Shown here: positions 60,101 to 64,000 of the stretch, in pieces
Layout: each line of letters begins with the position of its first letter
Numbering within the stretch: the stretch's first letter is position 1
Assembly (NCBI GenBank): GCA_051252135.1
Contig: JBPOGH010000011.1
Coordinates: 96,500 to 160,499, forward strand
Length of the DNA stretch: 64,000 nucleotides
Origin: Verrucomicrobiaceae bacterium
GTDB taxonomy: Bacteria > Verrucomicrobiota > Verrucomicrobiia > Verrucomicrobiales > Akkermansiaceae
Reading direction: 5' to 3'
Program-made: the position numbers and the translations under genes
The notes under the pieces: generated by a model
The model's input: only the letters and a program-made list of their open reading frames with translations
Told to the model about the DNA's origin: nothing
Database searches by the model: none

Positions 60101-61750
60101 AAGGTGAACTCGCTCATCGCCCGTCTGCGGAACACCCAGCCCGGCGTGCAGCTCATCTCACCTCCGCCCCACCATGACATCTACTCCATCGAGGACCTCG
60201 CTCAGCTCATTCATGACCTGAAGGAGATCAACCCCCGTGCAAAGGTGACCGTCAAGCTCGTTGCCGAGTCAGGTGTCGGCACCGTCGCCTCCGGCGTTGC
60301 CAAGGCCAGCGCCGATAACATCCTCATCTCCGGACACGATGGCGGCACCGCCGCCTCACCGCTCTCCTCCACCAAGCACGCCGGACTCCCGTGGGAACTC
60401 GGAATCTCCGAAGCCCACCAGGTCCTCATGCTCAACAACCTGCGGAACAACGTCACCCTTAGGACCGACGGCGGACTCCGCAACGGGCGCGATGTCATCA
60501 TCGCCGCCATCCTCGGAGCCGAGCAGATGAACTTCGGAACCATCGCCATGATCGCCATGGGTTGTGTTTACGTCCGCAAGTGCCACCTCAACAACTGCCC
60601 CGTCGGCGTCGCCACCACCGATCCCAAATGGCGCGCCAAGTTCAAGGGAACGCCCGACAACGTCGTCAACTTCATGATGGGCGTCGCTACCGAAGCCCGG
60701 GAAATCATGGCCACCCTCGGCGTCCGCTCCATCAACGAGCTCGTCGGTCGTCCCACCACCTTCCTCCAGCAGCGCCACGTCCCGGATCACCCGAAGGCCA
60801 ACACCATCGACCTCTCCGCCCTCCTCGCCGACAAAGCGCCGGAAGACGCCGTCCGCACCTGCACCCAGGATCGGAACGATGGCATCCACAAGCCCGCTCT
60901 CGACCTCGAAATCCTCAAGGACCTCGCCGCTCACACCGGCACCGCCGAGGGCGAAAACCCCACCGCCGGACTCCTCGACCGCGGCCCCTTCGAAAAGGAA
61001 TACGTCGTCGTCAATACCGACCGGAATATCGGAACCCGCACCTCCGGTCGCGTCGCCGAAATCTACAAAAACACCGGACTCCCCGCCGATACCATCAAGC
61101 TGACCTTCCGCGGCTCCGCCGGACAATCCTTCGGCACCTTCCTCTGCGGCGGTCTCCACCTCACCCTCATCGGTGAAGGAAATGACTACGTTGGAAAAGG
61201 CATGTGCGCCGGTGAAATCATCGTCCGCCCGCCCGAGAACATCTGTAAGGACTTCGTCGCCGCCAAGAACTCCATCGTCGGCAACACTGTCCTCTACGGA
61301 GCCACCGGTGGACGCCTCTTCGTCAACGGCCGCGCCGGCGAACGCTTCTGCGTCCGGAACTCCGGTGCCACCGCCGTCTGCGAGGGCGTCGGCGACCACG
61401 GCTGCGAATACATGACCAACGGACTCGCCGTCATCCTCGGACTCACCGGGAAAAACTTCGGAGCCGGCATGTCAGGCGGAACCGCCTACATCTACGACCT
61501 CGATGGCAAGTTCCAGTCCCGCCTCAACCCCGAGATGGTCGTCGCCCTTCCCGTCAAGCGGAAGCGCGACATCGAAGAACTCAAGGCCATGATCGAACTC
61601 CACTTCGGGAAAACCAACTCCAGCCGCGCCAAGGAAATCCTCGATAACTGGGAGGCATCCCTTCCCAAGCTCATTCGCGTCATCGCCAAAGAGAAATACG
61701 ACCTCGAAAAAGCCGAGGAAGAACACGAGGCCGCAGTCGCCGTAAAATAA
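57158..61750 (+). CDS. gltB: Glutamate synthase large subunit
   Basis: Propeptide then CGMG; HQRFSTNT, HNGEINT, PWDGPA, FAQVTNPPID, IKMAQGAKPGEGGQLPG, 3Fe-4S CVYVRKCHLNNC, GXGXG domain. Confidence 0.97.
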   Translation: MSPYHPSYTPDSSGTLHQWDNETANCGMGAIAHLNGEKSYQIIDYAMTSVCNMTHRGAVDADMKTGDGSGVLCQIPRPLFAKAAKSLGFTGDADDLAVGVFFLPGDDSAAAAQIKSFAESVLTKRSIPLVGWREVPVNPDELGNLARKTQPEITHLLASRPADWDGDHFERQLYLVRREIERHFKDVPNFYIPTLSGRLISYKGLAMPATLRAFYSDLQDSDFQTGISLYHQRFSTNTFPAWPLGQPFRMMCHNGEINTVRGNRNWMASREEFFESEIWGDDVELLKDMMRAGESDSSSLDHALELLTLSGRRIEHAMCMLVPPAFRHDQEISESVRSFYNYIRSFSEPWDGPAGLVFTDGTKICAGLDRNGLRPSRFTLTEDGLLYIGSESGAVILPNEKIIRRGRLGPGQMLSANTLTGEILYDREIKEQLAAQKPYGKWIDDNRIELRSFVSHEPHVPAEDFETTELSRHQVTQGVTAEDLDMVFPPMIKGAQEAVFSMGDDIPLAPLSRYPRLLFTYFKQLFAQVTNPPIDPIREWAVMSLGAGLGPERNLLTETPEHARILALESAILFEQELEAIRDRNEHGFPTRVIDTTWPASEGTAGLKNALDSICEQAGKAVDEGIEVLILSDRACSQDRVPIPSLLATGSVHHFLNRCKKRLRCSIVVDTGEARDTHQLACLFGFGATAVCPYLGYATVRQVVSSDSKGKLGDDLTPEKAMSNYRKALEKGILKIMSKMGISVLNSYQGAQIFEALGVGKDVVDFAFTGAHSRIGGVGFEEIAEESLIRHRAAWEPEVEAGQSLDLGDPGYNRYRKAGERHALTTDVIKNLHTFVRDNKKEDYDEYVKASLDNNPITIKDLLEFKVAASPVALDEVEPAEDIVKRFTTAAMSMGALSPEAHETLAIAMNRIGGKSDSGEGGEDPRRFQPYANGDLARSSIKQVASGRFGVSANYLVNCDELEIKMAQGAKPGEGGQLPGHKVNSLIARLRNTQPGVQLISPPPHHDIYSIEDLAQLIHDLKEINPRAKVTVKLVAESGVGTVASGVAKASADNILISGHDGGTAASPLSSTKHAGLPWELGISEAHQVLMLNNLRNNVTLRTDGGLRNGRDVIIAAILGAEQMNFGTIAMIAMGCVYVRKCHLNNCPVGVATTDPKWRAKFKGTPDNVVNFMMGVATEAREIMATLGVRSINELVGRPTTFLQQRHVPDHPKANTIDLSALLADKAPEDAVRTCTQDRNDGIHKPALDLEILKDLAAHTGTAEGENPTAGLLDRGPFEKEYVVVNTDRNIGTRTSGRVAEIYKNTGLPADTIKLTFRGSAGQSFGTFLCGGLHLTLIGEGNDYVGKGMCAGEIIVRPPENICKDFVAAKNSIVGNTVLYGATGGRLFVNGRAGERFCVRNSGATAVCEGVGDHGCEYMTNGLAVILGLTGKNFGAGMSGGTAYIYDLDGKFQSRLNPEMVVALPVKRKRDIEELKAMIELHFGKTNSSRAKEILDNWEASLPKLIRVIAKEKYDLEKAEEEHEAAVAVK

Positions 61751-61759
61751 ATAGGACCG

Positions 61760-61777
61760 GCGGGCATTCCCGCCCGC
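61760..61777 (+). repeat. REP-like palindrome GCGGGCATTCCYGCCCGC, copy 2
   Basis: Matches 14680-14697; may also act as a terminator hairpin. Confidence 0.6.
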
Positions 61778-61791
61778 TACTTTTCAGAGAC

Positions 61792-61819
61792 AAAGCGGGC
61801 CCAAAAGCCCGCTTTTCTT
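61792..61819. terminator. Intrinsic terminator between convergent gltB and tyrS
   Basis: AAAGCGGGC-CCAAAA-GCCCGCTTT-TCTT. Confidence 0.8.
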
Positions 61820-62998
61820 TTACCCCAACCGCACACTCTGCTTCTTGCTCAGCCGCAGAATCTGCCCCGCTTCCCCCGCAAACACCGCCTGCGGATCACT
61901 CAGCTTCTCCCCGTCCAGCTGCACCGCTCCCGTCGTGATAAACTGCTTCCGCAGCTCACCATTCGACTTCTCCATCCCAAAGGCTTCTTTAAATACAAAA
62001 GAGGCCGCCTCCGTGATCGACTTACCGTTCAGATCGGCCGCTGCCAACTCCGGCAGGTCCGCCGCATTCAGATCACGCTTCGAAAATCGCGTATCCCAAT
62101 CCGCACGCGCCGCCTGTCCCGCTTCCTCATCGTGGTAACGGGCCACGATTTTCTGCGCGAGTGACTTCTTGGCTTCCATCGGATGAAGGGACTCGTCCCG
62201 TTTCTCTCCCAGAAGCAACAGGTAGTAACGGTCCATCAGCTCATCACTGATACTCATCAGCTTCCCATACATCTCATTGGGCTCTTCCGACACTCCCACG
62301 TAGTTGTGCGAACTCTTGGACATCTTCTTCGTCCCATCCAGCCCCTCTAGAAGCGGCATCACCATCACTACCTGCTGGGCTTGCCCCTCCTCCTTCTGCA
62401 AATCACGCCCCACCAGAATATTGAACAACTGATCTGTCCCTCCGATCTCCACATCAGCTCTCACCTTCACCGAATCCCAACCCTGCATGATCGGATACTG
62501 GATTTCGTGAAGCCGGACTTCCTGACCTTTGGCAACCCGCTCTTTGAAATCCTCGCGTTGAAGCATCTGCTGCATCGTCACCCGGGAGTTCAGCTTGAGA
62601 ACTTCCTCGTAAGTCATCGAACGGAACCAATCGCCGTTGAAAACAACTTCCGTCTTCTCACGATCCAAAATCTTAAATGCCTGCTCGGTATACGTCTCCG
62701 CATTATAAAGCACCTCCTCACGGGTCAGTGGCGGACGAGCCGTGCTCCGCCCCGTCGGATCACCAACAGTTGCCGTAAAATCCCCAATAATCAGTACCGC
62801 CTGATGGCCCATTTGCTGGAATTGACGAAGCTTCTCCAGCGCAACCGAATGACCCAAGTGAATATCCGGAGCCGTCGGGTCCACCCCCAACTTGATCCTC
62901 AGCGGGCGGCCTTCCTTAAGCTTATCGGCAAGTTCCTTCTCGGAGAGCACCTTGGCGGTGCCTCCGACGAGTTGGGCCAGGGCGTCTTCGTGACTCAT
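61820..62998 (-). CDS. tyrS: Tyrosine--tRNA ligase
   Basis: GVDPTAPDIHLGH (HIGH), YPIMQGWD, GGTDQ, KMSKS; S4-like C-terminus. Confidence 0.96.
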   Translation of the reverse strand: MSHEDALAQLVGGTAKVLSEKELADKLKEGRPLRIKLGVDPTAPDIHLGHSVALEKLRQFQQMGHQAVLIIGDFTATVGDPTGRSTARPPLTREEVLYNAETYTEQAFKILDREKTEVVFNGDWFRSMTYEEVLKLNSRVTMQQMLQREDFKERVAKGQEVRLHEIQYPIMQGWDSVKVRADVEIGGTDQLFNILVGRDLQKEEGQAQQVVMVMPLLEGLDGTKKMSKSSHNYVGVSEEPNEMYGKLMSISDELMDRYYLLLLGEKRDESLHPMEAKKSLAQKIVARYHDEEAGQAARADWDTRFSKRDLNAADLPELAAADLNGKSITEAASFVFKEAFGMEKSNGELRKQFITTGAVQLDGEKLSDPQAVFAGEAGQILRLSKKQSVRLG

Positions 62999-63094
62999 GC
63001 GGGCTGGATCAAAGCGACCCCCGCCCCTCATTTCAAGCGCCATGCGCGCTTATTGCTTCCTCTCCCCCCGACAGAACGATTAAATCGCCGCATT

Positions 63095-63700
63095 ATGTCC
63101 CTCGATCCCTATTCCTCACCCGAAAGCCAGGTCACCCCACCCATGCCCCCACCGATGATCCCCAAGCCCGCCAGAATGCTCGTCTTCGGCATCATCCACA
63201 TCGTCGGAGCCGTCATCGGATTTGCCGGCCTCGCCGTAAACCTCTTTCAGGGTGACCCCAAGGAAGCCTTCATCGCCGCCTTCAATCAACCCGGACAACC
63301 CAAAGCGGAGTTCAGCGACGATGCCCTAGCCGCCATCGACACCATCCTGCAAACCCAAATCCCCATCACCATCGCTCAAGTCATTCTCTGCGCCCTCCTC
63401 CTCGTCAGCGGCATCGCCCTCCTCCGGTCCGCAAGTTGGTCACTAAAACTCTCCAACCTCTACTCCGGGCTCTCCATCCTTGTCAAAGTCGCCCTCCTCA
63501 TCCTCGCGATCACCACGCTGGCCCCCGCCTATGATCGCCTCTTCGATGGCATCTCCGGCATGAACCCCGCCGTCTTCAAAATCCTGCGCCCCACCATGAC
63601 CATCTCGATCTATTCCCCCGTCCTGATCGGCATCTACCCCCTCCTCACCTACTTCCTGCTCAATACAAAGGTCGTCAAAAACTACCTCGCCTCCCGTTGA
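63095..63700 (+). CDS. Hypothetical four-TM membrane protein
   Basis: MSLDPYSSP.. start and four hydrophobic segments; the longer ORF-track version is antisense to tyrS. Confidence 0.7.
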   Translation: MSLDPYSSPESQVTPPMPPPMIPKPARMLVFGIIHIVGAVIGFAGLAVNLFQGDPKEAFIAAFNQPGQPKAEFSDDALAAIDTILQTQIPITIAQVILCALLLVSGIALLRSASWSLKLSNLYSGLSILVKVALLILAITTLAPAYDRLFDGISGMNPAVFKILRPTMTISIYSPVLIGIYPLLTYFLLNTKVVKNYLASR

Positions 63701-64000
63701 TCAGCGGCTCCCTGAGCAACGCCGCCAGACTCCAAAAGGGCTGCAGCTCCTCTCACCTCGGAAGCGAAGCTTCCCTGGCTAAAAATCCCTTAAACCTTTC
63801 AGCGTGCTTCATCTTGAAGCAGGGTTTCCCTAAGGAAGCGCTGATTAAAGAGGAAGTTCGCTGCTGCAAGTCATTTTGAAGTCTGGCAAGGCGCGAAGGG
63901 CGACGCTGATGATCAGCGGCTCACTGAGCAACGCCGCCAGACTCCAAAAGGGCTGCAGCTCCTCTCACCTCGGAAGCGAAGCTTCCCTGGCTAAAAATCC
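63698..64000. repeat. 212-bp structured tandem repeat (1 full + 1 partial copy, cut by the window edge)
   Basis: 63698-63788 equals 63910-64000 at 90 of 91 nt (C63711 vs A63923); long imperfect inverted repeats and internal hairpins. Confidence 0.9.

Noticed and set aside
63697..63879. 60-aa ORF inside the 212-bp repeat
   Set aside because: No RBS or motif; the region is better explained by base pairing.
63880..63940. Hammerhead ribozyme core CTGATGA at the repeat junction
   Set aside because: After the candidate stem II the sequence is GCAA rather than GAAA, and no UH cleavage site or stem I is in place.
1..64000. CRISPR array, cas genes, prophage, transposase or integrase
   Set aside because: No repeat-spacer periodicity or matching protein motifs seen by eye.

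Overview
This is a gene-dense bacterial chromosomal window, most likely from Verrucomicrobiota (inferred from gene content and protein style, no search run). The + strand is extremely C-rich whatever the gene orientation. Housekeeping content: partial clpB, murJ, rlpA, HU, mutY, grpE-dnaJ-rsmE, an aas-like fusion, tsaD, ybbAP/tesA, hrpB, yciH, ribBA-ribH-nusB, gltB, tyrS and tRNA-Lys(UUU), plus a sulfatase and three polysaccharide-lyase-like secreted proteins. Most notable accessory signals: (1) a defence-like block at about 39.5-50.3 kb next to the tRNA-Lys 3' end, with a metallophosphoesterase fusion and a divergent LysR that share a palindromic operator, then a two-methyltransferase (NPPF + NPPY) Type I R-M system with a DUF2971/ADP-ribosyltransferase-like gene nested between the M genes; (2) a full-length eukaryote-like protein arginine methyltransferase; (3) an ECF sigma / thioredoxin-fold anti-sigma / rhodanese module with two matching ECF promoters; (4) a 212-bp highly structured tandem repeat cut by the right edge; (5) a membrane-anchored orphan PD-(D/E)xK nuclease. 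No CRISPR array, integrase or transposase was seen. All family calls come from motif recognition by eye.
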